Both the position numbers and the translations under genes were made by a program. Of a stretch of DNA of 64,000 bases, positions 37,694 to 45,514 are shown piece by piece (positions within the stretch are counted from its first letter, which is position 1; every line of letters starts with the position of its first letter). Source of the stretch: Thermoanaerobaculia bacterium. Its GTDB lineage: Bacteria > Acidobacteriota > Thermoanaerobaculia > UBA5066. The DNA lies in the NCBI GenBank assembly GCA_963719225.1, contig CAVRAY010000001.1, forward strand, positions 2,080,001 to 2,144,000, written 5' to 3'. The notes below the pieces were generated by a model, which saw nothing but the letters and a program-made list of their open reading frames with translations, was not told the origin of the DNA and did no database searches.

Positions 37694-38676
37694 CCGGCGC
37701 GCCGCGCAGGATCCGCGCCGACCGGGGTGACGGGGGCGAGCGCCTCGACCGCGTACTGCTCCGGCACCTGAACGACCTGCCCGAGGCGTCGCGCACGAAG
37801 ATCCAGGAGTGGATCGAAAGCGGCTGTGTTTCGCTCGGAGGAAGAAAACCGAAGAAGATCTCCGAGAAGGTCAGGACGGGAGACGAGATCCAGATCCACC
37901 TTCCCGCTCCGCCCCCTCCTCGCCCCGACCTCGTGGCCCAGGACATCCCGCTCTCGATTCTATTCGAAGATTCCGAGATCCTCGTCCTCGACAAGCCTCC
38001 CGGCCTCGTCGTGCATCCCGCCGTCGGACACCGCGACGGCACGCTCGTGAACGCGCTTCTCCACCGCTCGAAGGATTGGGCCGGCCCCGCAGATCGACCC
38101 GGGCTCGTCCATCGGCTCGACAAGGACACGTCTGGGGTCCTCGTCGTCGCGAAAACCGAAACGGCAATGGCAGTTCTGGGGAGAGCAATAAAAGAGAGAT
38201 TCCTAGAAAAGGAATATCTGGCCGTCGTCTACGGGCACCCTGCCGTCCGCAAGGGAAAAATCGAGATGGGCATCCTGCGGGACCCGAGGGACCGCAAGCG
38301 CATGGCCGCCTCGAAAACCGAAGGACGTCCATCGACCACCTTCTATGAAATTCTTTCCGAATCCTCGGGCTCCCTCTCCGGTCTCTCTCTCCTGAAATGC
38401 ACCCTCGTCACCGGACGCACGCACCAGATCCGCGTCCACCTCAAGGCTCTTCACCTACCCATCGTGGGAGACCCGACATACGGCTCACCGCGGTGGAAGG
38501 GGATGAAGGTCGAGGCGCTCCGCGAGCTCTGCCGGACTTTTCCCCGCCAGGCGCTCCACTCCTGGCGCCTCACGCTTAAGCATCCGACGACGCGCGAAAA
38601 GATGAGTTTCGTCGCACCGGTGCCCGGCGACATCAAGAGTCTTCTCGAAGCAGCCGGGCTCCCGCCGCCGGTGTAA
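37690..38676 (+). CDS. rluD: RluA-family 23S rRNA pseudouridine synthase with S4 domain
   Basis: RLDR S4 domain, DKPPGLVVHP, RPGLVHRLDKDTSG, TGRTHQIRVH, RQALH. Confidence 0.9.
   Translation: MTGAPRRIRADRGDGGERLDRVLLRHLNDLPEASRTKIQEWIESGCVSLGGRKPKKISEKVRTGDEIQIHLPAPPPPRPDLVAQDIPLSILFEDSEILVLDKPPGLVVHPAVGHRDGTLVNALLHRSKDWAGPADRPGLVHRLDKDTSGVLVVAKTETAMAVLGRAIKERFLEKEYLAVVYGHPAVRKGKIEMGILRDPRDRKRMAASKTEGRPSTTFYEILSESSGSLSGLSLLKCTLVTGRTHQIRVHLKALHLPIVGDPTYGSPRWKGMKVEALRELCRTFPRQALHSWRLTLKHPTTREKMSFVAPVPGDIKSLLEAAGLPPPV
38180..38358. repeat. Degenerate convergent motif pair in rluD
   Basis: + AAAAGA-GAGATTCCTAGAAAAGG (core 38196-38212); - GGAAAGAATTTCATAGAAGG 38358-38339; local burst of A/T-ending codons. 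Confidence 0.58.
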
Positions 38677-38687
38677 TCTAAACAGCG

Positions 38688-39908
38688 ATGTCCACGACGA
38701 CGATTCCAAGAGTTTCCACGCGCGGTCACGAGATGCCGCCCTCCCCCATCCGCAAGCTCATGCCGCTCGCGGACGAGGCCAAGGCGCGCGGCGTGAAGGT
38801 CTATCACCTCAACATCGGCCAGCCCGATCTCGAGACGCCCGAGCCGATGCGGCGCCGGCTCGCCGCGATCAAGGACAAGGTCTACGCCTACTCGCCTTCG
38901 AACGGAACGCCCGAGTACCTCGACTTTCTCCACGCCTATTACGGAAAGCTCGGGATCGAGCTCAAGCCGAACGAGGTTCTCGCGACGACGGGCGGGAGCG
39001 AGGCGCTGCTCTTCGCCTTCATGGCGTGCTCGGATCCGGGCGGCGAGATCCTAACGGTCGAGCCCCTCTACACGAACTACCGCTCCTTCGCCGCCATGGC
39101 GGGCCTCACCCTTCACCCCATCGTCACGCGCGGCGAGGACGGCTTTCACCTCCCGGCACGCGGCGATTGGGAGCAGGCCCTGACGCGGAAGACGCGTCTC
39201 GTCCTTCTCTGCAACCCGAACAACCCCACGGGGACGGTCTACTCGAGAGAGGAAGTCGTGCGCGCGGCGGAATTCTGCCGCGACCATGGCCTCTTCTTCG
39301 TGTCGGACGAGGTCTACCGGGAGTTTCTCTACGACGGCCGCGAATCCGTCAGCGCCCTATCGCTGCCCGGATTCGAGGACCAGGTCGTGGTGGTGGACTC
39401 TCTCTCCAAGAGGTTTTCGGCCTGCGGCATCAGGCTCGGGGCTCTCGTCACGCGCAACGCAGACGTGGCCGCCGCGTGCAACCGCATGGCACAGGGGCGC
39501 CTCTCGCCGCCGGGGCTCGCGCAGTACATCGCACCGGGTGCCCTGGAGCTCGGACCCGAGTACTACCGCGGTATCGTGACGGAATACCAGAGCAGGCGCG
39601 ACACGCTCTACGAAGGGTTGTCGAAGATCCCGGGCGTCTTCCTCCGCAAGCCCGAAGGGGCCTTTTACTTCATCGCCCGCCTGCCCGTTCAGGACAGCGA
39701 CGACTTCGCCGCCTGGCTGCTGACGAGCTTCTCGCTGGACGGGAGGACCGTCATGGTCGCCCCGGCGAGCGGCTTTTACGTGACCCCGGGGCTCGGACTC
39801 GACGAGATCCGCATCGCCTACGTCCTGAAGGAAGACGACCTGAGAGAAAGCGTACGGATTCTAGCTGCGGCGCTGCCGGTTTATCGGAAGGCGAAAGGCC
39901 TCGACTAG
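38688..39908 (+). CDS. Class I/II PLP-dependent aminotransferase (aspartate aminotransferase-like)
   Basis: NIGQPD, GGSEAL, NPNNPTG, SDEVY, SLSKRFSACGIRLG. Confidence 0.93.
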   Translation: MSTTTIPRVSTRGHEMPPSPIRKLMPLADEAKARGVKVYHLNIGQPDLETPEPMRRRLAAIKDKVYAYSPSNGTPEYLDFLHAYYGKLGIELKPNEVLATTGGSEALLFAFMACSDPGGEILTVEPLYTNYRSFAAMAGLTLHPIVTRGEDGFHLPARGDWEQALTRKTRLVLLCNPNNPTGTVYSREEVVRAAEFCRDHGLFFVSDEVYREFLYDGRESVSALSLPGFEDQVVVVDSLSKRFSACGIRLGALVTRNADVAAACNRMAQGRLSPPGLAQYIAPGALELGPEYYRGIVTEYQSRRDTLYEGLSKIPGVFLRKPEGAFYFIARLPVQDSDDFAAWLLTSFSLDGRTVMVAPASGFYVTPGLGLDEIRIAYVLKEDDLRESVRILAAALPVYRKAKGLD

Positions 39909-41125
39909 CCTCGGAAGAAGATCAGCGTGAGGAGCAGGAACAGCGGCAGCAGGACGGCCCCTGCCCGCACGGCATAGCCGAAGAACGACGGCATCGCCAC
40001 ACCGCGCGAGGCGGCAATCGAGCGAACGAGGAAGTTCGGTCCGTTCCCGATGTACGTCAGCGCCCCGAAGAAGACGGCGCCCGCGGAGATCGCTTCCAGG
40101 ATCTTCGCCGGAGCGCCAGCCACCTCGGGCCGGCCGAGGCCGCGCGCGACCGCGAGGAATGCGGCGTACGTCGGCGCGTTGTCGAGGCATGCGGAGAGCG
40201 ATCCCGTCGCCCAGAAGAATTGCCAGGGACGCGTGAGGCCGAGCGCCGGCGCCCTCTCGCGCAGCACGACGAGCGATGGCTCCATCGCGACGAAGATGCC
40301 CGCGAAGAGGATCGCGACCTCGAGGATGGGGTGCCACGAGAAACCGACCTCCTCCCTCTGGCCCTTCGGCGTCAAAGGAAAGCTCGCGACCGCGCACGCG
40401 AGGTACACCGCCTCCCGGAAAGGCGAGCCGAGCAAAGCCGTGGCGAGGACGATCCCCGCGAGGAGCAGGAAGTTCCACCACCCCGTGACGAGGATCGGCC
40501 GCCGCGTCGTCTCGTCCGCGAGGAGGGCGGCGGACGACTCCCGCGCGTGCTCGCGCCTCTCGATCAGGTAGTAAACGCCGAGGAGGAGGCCGATCGCCAC
40601 GGCCCACTCCTGGACGAGCCTGAGCGTCCAGAAGAAGGGCACGCCCGCGAGATACCCGAGGAAGAGCGGCGGATCGCCGAGCGGCGTGAGGCACCCGCCC
40701 ACGTTCGAGACCACGAGGATGAAGAACAGCACCGTGTGCGACACGTTCTTCCGCTCGGAATTGACCTCCAGGACGATCTGGATGAGGAGCATCGAAGCGC
40801 CGGTCGTGCCAATGATCGAAGCCAGGATCCCGCCCAGGAGAAGGAGCCCCGTGTTCGTGGCGGGATGCGCCGGGACGTCCCCCGTGACGCGGATCCCCGA
40901 GGCGACGACGTACAGGGAGCCGAGAAGCAGGACGAACGCCACGTACTCGTGCGCGACGTGCCCCAGACTCTCCGGCCGGCCCACGACGACCGGCAAAGCC
41001 GCGAGCAAGGCCACGATCGCCTGAAAACCGGGCCGGCTCCAGCGGTCGGGGATGGCGAGGGGCAGGATCGCGATCGAGAGGAGGAGAGCGGCGAAGGGCA
41101 GGAGCCAGAGGACGGAAGTGCCCAC
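39905..41125 (-). CDS. IT-superfamily transporter (putative sodium:proton antiporter / CitMHS-like)
   Basis: Many TM helices; GTTGASM, NVGGCLTPLGDPPLFLGY, LDNAPTY, TYIGNGPNF. Confidence 0.82.
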   Translation of the reverse strand: MGTSVLWLLPFAALLLSIAILPLAIPDRWSRPGFQAIVALLAALPVVVGRPESLGHVAHEYVAFVLLLGSLYVVASGIRVTGDVPAHPATNTGLLLLGGILASIIGTTGASMLLIQIVLEVNSERKNVSHTVLFFILVVSNVGGCLTPLGDPPLFLGYLAGVPFFWTLRLVQEWAVAIGLLLGVYYLIERREHARESSAALLADETTRRPILVTGWWNFLLLAGIVLATALLGSPFREAVYLACAVASFPLTPKGQREEVGFSWHPILEVAILFAGIFVAMEPSLVVLRERAPALGLTRPWQFFWATGSLSACLDNAPTYAAFLAVARGLGRPEVAGAPAKILEAISAGAVFFGALTYIGNGPNFLVRSIAASRGVAMPSFFGYAVRAGAVLLPLFLLLTLIFFRG

Positions 41126-41139
41126 CCGCTCCCGCCCCT

Positions 41140-42669
41140 TCAGGTCTTCTTCTTCGAAGGTCTGGCGGCTCCGGCCGGGACGTCGATTTGCGCCTTCTGG
41201 ATCGTGCCCGAGTAGTCGACGTAGATCGACTTCCACTCGCTGAACACGTCCAGGGCGGCGAGGCCGGCCTCGCGGTGCCCGTTGCCGGTCTTCTTCGTTC
41301 CGCCGAACGGCAGGTGGGTCTCGGCGCCGATCGTCGGAAGGTTCACGTAGAAGATCCCGGCTTCGAGGTCGCGCATCGCGACGAACGCCTTGTTCACGTC
41401 CTGCGTGAAGATCGCCGACGAGAGACCGTAGTCGCTATCGTTCGCGACGTCGATTCCCTCTTCTAGGGACGCGATCGGCACGATGGAGGTCACGGGTCCG
41501 AAGATCTCCTCCCGCGCGACGCGCATCCGGCGGTTGCAGTCCGCGAATACGGTCGGCGCCACGAACCAGCCCTTCGCGTGCGCCTTGCCGGCGAGACGGC
41601 GGCCCCCCGCGACGCAACGGGCCCCTTCAGCCTTCCCGATGGAGATGTAGTCCAGGACCGTGTCGAGCTGGCTCTCGTTGATGGACGGGCCCATCTCGAT
41701 CCTCTCGTCGAGGCCGCTGCCGACCTTCAGGGCGTTCGCGCGCTCGGCGAGCATCGCCGTGAACTTTCGGACGACCTTCTTGTGGACGAGGAGACGCGAG
41801 GACGCCGTGCAGCGCTGGCCGCTCGTGCCGAACGCACCCCAGATCGCGCCGTCGACGGCGAGCTCGAGGTTCGCGTCGTCCATCACGAGGATGGGGTTCT
41901 TTCCGCCCATCTCGAGGTGGACGTGCTTGAACGTCGGGGCGCACGCCTCGTTGATCGTCTGCCCGACGGCCGTCGAGCCCGTGAAGGAGACGACTTTCAC
42001 GCGCGGGTCCTTGATCAGTGGCATGCCCACCTTCGAGCCGCTGCCCGTGACCACGTTGAAGACCCCGGCCGGGAGGCCGGCGTCGTCGAGGGCCTTCGCG
42101 AAGTTGACGACGGAGAGCGGCGTGTCCGTGGCCGGCTTGATGACGACCGTGTTGCCGCAGACGAGGGCCGCGGTCGTCTTCCAGGCCGGGATCGCCATCG
42201 GGAAGTTCCAGGGAGTGATAAAGGCGCAGACGCCGATCGGCGAACGCACCGACATCGCGAACTTGTTCGGCAGCTCGGAGGGCGTCGTCTGCCCGTGGAG
42301 GCGACGGCCCTCGCCGCCCATGAGGAAGGCCATGTCGATGGCCTCCTGGACGTCGCCGCGCGCCTCCTTGAGGACTTTTCCCATCTCGCGCGTCATGTCG
42401 CGCGCGTACTCCTCCTTGCGGTCCCGCAGGATCTCGCCGAGGCGGTACAGGATTTCGCCGCGCTGCGGACCCGGCACGAGACGCCACGTCCTGTAGGCCT
42501 CCGCGGCGACGTCGACCGCCTCTTTCGCGTCGCGTTCGCCGGAATCGGCGAAGCGGCCGATGAGATCCGTCACGTCGGAGGGGTTGCGGTTGTCGAATGT
42601 TCGGCCCGATCGGGCGGGGACCCATTTTCCTGCGATCCAGTTTCCGTGGACAGGGGGGGACGAAGCCAT
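41140..42669 (-). CDS. Aldehyde dehydrogenase family protein
   Basis: TPWNFP, KPA, FTGS, EMGGKNP, SGQRCTA, EIFGP. Confidence 0.95.
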   Translation of the reverse strand: MASSPPVHGNWIAGKWVPARSGRTFDNRNPSDVTDLIGRFADSGERDAKEAVDVAAEAYRTWRLVPGPQRGEILYRLGEILRDRKEEYARDMTREMGKVLKEARGDVQEAIDMAFLMGGEGRRLHGQTTPSELPNKFAMSVRSPIGVCAFITPWNFPMAIPAWKTTAALVCGNTVVIKPATDTPLSVVNFAKALDDAGLPAGVFNVVTGSGSKVGMPLIKDPRVKVVSFTGSTAVGQTINEACAPTFKHVHLEMGGKNPILVMDDANLELAVDGAIWGAFGTSGQRCTASSRLLVHKKVVRKFTAMLAERANALKVGSGLDERIEMGPSINESQLDTVLDYISIGKAEGARCVAGGRRLAGKAHAKGWFVAPTVFADCNRRMRVAREEIFGPVTSIVPIASLEEGIDVANDSDYGLSSAIFTQDVNKAFVAMRDLEAGIFYVNLPTIGAETHLPFGGTKKTGNGHREAGLAALDVFSEWKSIYVDYSGTIQKAQIDVPAGAARPSKKKT

Positions 42670-42697
42670 GTTCGGTGCGTTCCTTTCGCGTTCGGGG

Positions 42698-43096
42698 TCA
42701 GCTCGACGGCGGCGGCGCCGCTGTTCCGCCGCTCATGTCGATGCGTCCCGTGAACCGGGCTCCCTCGCCGATGACGATGCGGGGAGCCTGGATGTTGCCT
42801 TCGAGAGTCCCGGTCGACAGAAGCTCGACGCGCTCGACGGCGCTCACGTTGCCGACGACGCGGCCCGCGATCGTCACCGTGGCGGCCGCGACCTCGGCCA
42901 GGACGACGCCGTGAGCGCCGACCCGGCACGCCTTCGAGATCTTCACGCGGCCCTCCAGATAGCCTTCCACGACGACGTCTTCGTCCCCGAGGACCTCTCC
43001 CTGGAACCGGATCTTCGGCCCGATGAAAGACGCGCGGAGCTCGGGGGGTTCACGGCCCGGCGGCGCCGGACCGCCGGTCTTTCCGAACATCGCCAT
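42698..43096 (-). CDS. Bactofilin (polymer-forming cytoskeletal protein)
   Basis: [42 protein letters not shown] beta-helix repeats. Confidence 0.88.
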   Translation of the reverse strand: MAMFGKTGGPAPPGREPPELRASFIGPKIRFQGEVLGDEDVVVEGYLEGRVKISKACRVGAHGVVLAEVAAATVTIAGRVVGNVSAVERVELLSTGTLEGNIQAPRIVIGEGARFTGRIDMSGGTAAPPPSS

Positions 43097-43232
43097 CGCG
43101 CGGCGGAGAGTTTACCCGGGGCAAGGCGCGGCTGCCACCAAGGAGAGACGACGGTGCTTCGCCCGATCAGACGACGTAGCGCGGCGACAAGGCGGCATTC
43201 CCCGCAGGGATGCAGCGCGGCTTCGGAGTATT

Positions 43233-43271
43233 GCATCTTGTCGTGATGCGACACGATGCGTAGAATGATGC
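43233..43271 (+). promoter_or_regulatory. Sigma70-type promoter overlapped by an inverted-repeat operator for the vapBC module
   Basis: TTGTCG (43238)-17 bp-TAGAAT (43261); IR GCATCTTGTCG/CGACACGATGC (10/11 match); GGAGG SD before ATG 43284. Confidence 0.65.
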
Positions 43272-43283
43272 ACCGGAGGCGAT

Positions 43284-43541
43284 ATGAAGGCCATCACTCT
43301 GCGCAACATTCCGCCGGATGTCGCCCGGGCCGTGGAGCGCCGCGCCTCGCGGGAGGGCGAAAGCCTGAACAAAGCCGTCCTCGAGCTCGTCGCCGAGGGA
43401 GCGGGTCTCAAGAAGCGCGCGCGGAAGGTAAGACATACCGACCTCGACAGCCTCTTCGGGACGTGGTCGAAAAAGCAGGCCGACGCGTTCGACCGCCAGC
43501 TCGGAGAGCTTCGCGCCATCGACCCGGCAGTCTGGAAATGA
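43284..43541 (+). CDS. Ribbon-helix-helix (FitA/VapB-like) antitoxin
   Basis: MKAITLRNIPPDV...RA..EGESLN; ATGA overlap with a PIN gene. Confidence 0.82.
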   Translation: MKAITLRNIPPDVARAVERRASREGESLNKAVLELVAEGAGLKKRARKVRHTDLDSLFGTWSKKQADAFDRQLGELRAIDPAVWK

Positions 43542-43939
43542 CCCGGATTCTGGCCGACACCTCGGCTTACTCGGCTTTCCTGCGCGGGCACGCGGGCGTT
43601 GGTGACGCTCTGCGCGCGGCGGACGAGATCCGCGTGACGCCGATCGTGCTCGGGGAGCTGATGGCCGGCCATCGTTCGGGAACGAGGCGCCGCGCGAACG
43701 AGGACCACCTGAAGTTCTTTCTTTCCTCGCCGCGAGTCGGAATCCTCCCGATCGACGAAGACACGGCTGCACGTTACGCGGCCATCGTCTCTTCGCTGAG
43801 GTCGGCCGGACTACAAATCGGCACGAACGACATCTGGATCGCCGCCAGCGCAATGCAGCACGGACTCACGGTCGTCACGACCGACGCGGACTTCCTCCGA
43901 ATCCCCCAGATACTCGTCGAACACCATTCCGTCGGCTGA
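43538..43939 (+). CDS. vapC: VapC PIN-domain toxin
   Basis: ILADTS, VLGEL, TNDIWIAASA, TTDADF. Confidence 0.92.
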   Translation: MTRILADTSAYSAFLRGHAGVGDALRAADEIRVTPIVLGELMAGHRSGTRRRANEDHLKFFLSSPRVGILPIDEDTAARYAAIVSSLRSAGLQIGTNDIWIAASAMQHGLTVVTTDADFLRIPQILVEHHSVG

Positions 43940-44006
43940 CCTTCGGATCGGCGGTTCGGCCACAAGCAAGCGTGGCGATTCCAATCATGAGGGCTGAAGG
44001 CCCGGT

Positions 44007-45452
44007 TCACGTCGCCAGATGGATCCGCTTGATGTAGGCCATCTCCTCGAGCTTGTCCGTCGAACCGTTCAGCCCGCTGTCGCGGATTCCCTCGATCGGC
44101 AAGGAGAGGTCGCTGTAGAGCGGCCCCTCGTTGATCATGACTCTTCCGGCGGCGACGTCCCGGCCGATGCGCGTCGCTTCCGCCGGTTCTCCGAAGACGC
44201 TCGCGCCGAGCCCGTAAGGGCCGTCGTTGGCGAGAGCGACCGCCTCGTCGAGGGTGTCGAACACCACGAAAGAACGGACGGGAGCGAAACACTCCTCGGT
44301 CCAGAGGAAGGGCTTGTCCTCCTCGCTTCGCCCCAGGATCTGCGCCTTCTCGAACTCGATCAGCGTCGGGGTGAAGAACGGGGCCTCGGCACGGCCCCCG
44401 ACGAGGAGGCGACCGCCTTTTTCCAGAGCCTCGCGGACCTGGTACGTCGCGATATCCATGCTCTCGTGCTTGCCGATGGGACCGATGTCGGTGTCTTCGT
44501 CGCGCGGATCTCCCACCTTGAGCCGGCGGATCCCCTCGATGAGACGCTCGCGGAAGTCCGAGGCGACGGAGCGCTGCACGAGGTACCGCTTGGCGGCGAT
44601 GCAGAGCTGCCCGCCGTGCGCGAAGCCTCCGAGGAGACCGGCAGCCGTGGCGTCCGTCAGGTTCGCGCTTTCGAGCACGATGAACGGGTCGTTCCCGGCC
44701 AGCTCGGGGACGTATTTCTTCATGCGTCCGCCCACGTGAAGCATGCATTCACCGAGTGTATTCTTCGTCCTCCCGAGGTACGCGCCCATCTTGATGATGT
44801 TGTCCTTGCCGACCGGGCTCGACGCGTAGTGAACGAGGACGTCGACTTCCGGGTTTTCGATGAACTCCCAGGCGGCGTCTTCCCCGGAGCAGGTGGAGAC
44901 CTGGACGCTCTCGGGCGGACAGCCCGCCTCGACCGCGATCTGAACGAGCCGCTGGCAGATGAGAGGGGCCAGGCTCGAGGGCTTCTCCACGACGGCGTTC
45001 CCGGCTCCGAGGGCGCAGAGCATCGTATAGAGCGGCACGACGAGCGGAGTGTTGCGCGGCGGGAGGACTCCGACCACCCCGTACGGCTCGCGGGTGAGGA
45101 TGTTCCGCCCCGAAGCGGCCGGAAGCTCCCGAGGCTTGAGGAGCTCGAGCCGGCGCTCGAGGTTCGCCGCGCTCGCGATGGCCCGGCCCATCTCCCACCG
45201 CGCGAACTTGCGGGGTTGCCCTCCCTCTCGCACCATCAGCTCCTCGAGTTCGCTCCGGCGCTCTTCGAGGCGCACCGCGATGCGCCGCCCGAGGTCGGCA
45301 CGCTCCCGGAAGGTGGTGCTCCGGGCCGATCCCTTCGCCTGAAACGCGCGATGGATCTTCGCGCGCAGATCCCGGCGCGTGTCCTGCTGCACCTCGCCGA
45401 TCACCTCGCCCGTGTACTTGTCGCGGATCTCGGAGGTTCGAAGCGCGAGCAT
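44007..45452 (-). CDS. Divergent aldehyde dehydrogenase family protein
   Basis: REPYGVV, KPSS, ELAGNDP, GGQLC, ECFAP, YGLGASVF; FTGS and PWN motifs altered. Confidence 0.85.
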   Translation of the reverse strand: MLALRTSEIRDKYTGEVIGEVQQDTRRDLRAKIHRAFQAKGSARSTTFRERADLGRRIAVRLEERRSELEELMVREGGQPRKFARWEMGRAIASAANLERRLELLKPRELPAASGRNILTREPYGVVGVLPPRNTPLVVPLYTMLCALGAGNAVVEKPSSLAPLICQRLVQIAVEAGCPPESVQVSTCSGEDAAWEFIENPEVDVLVHYASSPVGKDNIIKMGAYLGRTKNTLGECMLHVGGRMKKYVPELAGNDPFIVLESANLTDATAAGLLGGFAHGGQLCIAAKRYLVQRSVASDFRERLIEGIRRLKVGDPRDEDTDIGPIGKHESMDIATYQVREALEKGGRLLVGGRAEAPFFTPTLIEFEKAQILGRSEEDKPFLWTEECFAPVRSFVVFDTLDEAVALANDGPYGLGASVFGEPAEATRIGRDVAAGRVMINEGPLYSDLSLPIEGIRDSGLNGSTDKLEEMAYIKRIHLAT

Positions 45453-45514
45453 CTTTTCGATCCTACTTCAGCCCCTCGACGACGTAGAGACCCGAGAGGA
45501 GCCGGACGCGAAGG

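Noticed and set aside
21493-38358. Purine-tract repeats as a CRISPR array, terminators or attC sites
   Set aside because: Copies are degenerate, kb apart, mostly intragenic and on both strands. There are no regular spacers, cas or integrase genes, and no GC hairpin with a U-tract.
43097-43232. Possible tRNA, att site or ncRNA at the left border of the accessory block
   Set aside because: No cloverleaf, TTCGA/CCA signature or direct repeat recognised.
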